The position numbers and the translations under genes are program-made. A DNA stretch of 64,000 bases from Paragordius varius. Taxonomy: Eukaryota; Animalia; Nematomorpha. The stretch lies in NCBI GenBank assembly GCA_964247055.1, contig OZ176056.1, positions 1,488,001 to 1,552,000 on the forward strand, written 5' to 3'. Below the pieces are notes generated by a model. That model was not told where the DNA came from and made no database searches. It saw nothing but the letters and a program-made list of their open reading frames with translations. Within the stretch, counting starts at the first letter, position 1; every line of letters begins with the position of its first letter. Positions 63,090 to 64,000 of this stretch are shown piece after piece.

Positions 63090-64000
63090 ACAAAGTCCAC
63101 AAAAATAATTTTTTTAACCTATTTTTCGCTGAGACCGTAAAAATTCAATAAGAATTCTAACTATCCCCGTTAAAAGGCAAAAATTTTAGTCAAGTATTTC
63201 TTTTATGATAGCTGCTGGGTAAGGAGGTACCCGTTAAAAATTGATCCGTCATGTGGCTTTGAGATTTGGTACCGGAAAACAGGCCCAGTCAAATCCAAAT
63301 ATCGAAAAAATATAATGATTAATTGCCCCGCGCCCTTTTTTAAAATAGACCCCCAGTTTGGGCCACCCCGGTGAAAAATTGTTTTTTTTAAAAAACAAAA
63401 TCCCCACAAAAATGGTGTCTTTAAGACAATTTTCCGGAGGTGTTGGACCATTCAATTTCAAATATCATTTTTGAAGGTTATTTTTGATTGCGTCGAACAT
63501 AGTCGTCTCGCTTTTTTGATTTAGGGCCTCTTTTTATCCGCTCCCCCCGTAAAATGCGATTTTTTCAAAAAACAAAGTCCACAAAAATAATTTTTTGAAT
63601 CTATTTTTCGTCAAAGGTATGAGACCGTAAAAATTCAATGAGGGTTCTACTTATTCCTGGTTAAAATGCAAAAATTTTAGTCAAGCATTTCTATGATGAT
63701 AGCCGCTGGAAAAGGCGCTACCCGTTAAAAACTGATCCGCCGTGTGGCGTGATCTGGTACTGGAAAACCGGTAGACCCATTCAAATCCAAATATCGTAGA
63801 AATATGATCATTAATGAATGCCCCGACAATAGCTTGGCCCTTTTTTTTAACAGGCCCCCAGTTCGGGCCCATCCCTATGAAAAATGGTATTTTATTGAAA
63901 AGAGAATCCCTAAAAAAATCCTGTCTTTGAGACAATTTTACGGAGAATGTGTGTGACCATTCAATTTTAAATATGATTTTTGTTTAGTTATTTTCGATTG
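63090..64000. repeat. Second array of the ~500-bp satellite, running off the right edge
   Basis: Same unit and orientation as 36770-39640 (GAGACCGTAAAAATTCAAT near 63131 and 63622). Confidence 0.9.

Overview
Very AT-rich (roughly 75-80% AT by eye), repeat-dense metazoan genomic DNA with spliceosomal genes. The species cannot be established from the sequence; an invertebrate such as a nematomorph or nematode is only a guess. Genes reconstructed by hand from GT-AG boundaries and reading phase: (1) the N-terminal, luminal half of the ER-stress kinase PERK/EIF2AK3 (minus strand, 12 exons, 11375 down to 432, continuing off the left edge); (2) an unidentified Ser/Asn-rich coiled-coil gene (plus, about 14380-18562); (3) a complete equilibrative nucleoside transporter (SLC29/ENT, minus, 26616-21995); (4) a single-exon orphan type I membrane protein (31008-31463); (5) a GILT/IFI30-family thiol reductase (plus, 55097 to at least 60786). 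The ENT gene is the most unusual: it has two obligatory ultra-short introns (24 and 27 nt) and a second, diverged copy of its last (TM11) exon at 18892-19021 that looks like an alternative terminal exon under purifying selection. The rest is mobile or repetitive DNA: a palindromic Penelope-like retroelement insertion (RT remnant plus GIY-YIG in both arms, 13-bp TSD, a minimal hammerhead-like motif in each arm), a piggyBac-like MITE family (about 8 copies), TACCATTT-ended foldback elements with 21-bp arrays, pogo-like and hAT-like MITEs, a ~500-bp satellite at two loci, and a ~15-kb tandem segmental array. Most ORFs in the supplied track are spurious.
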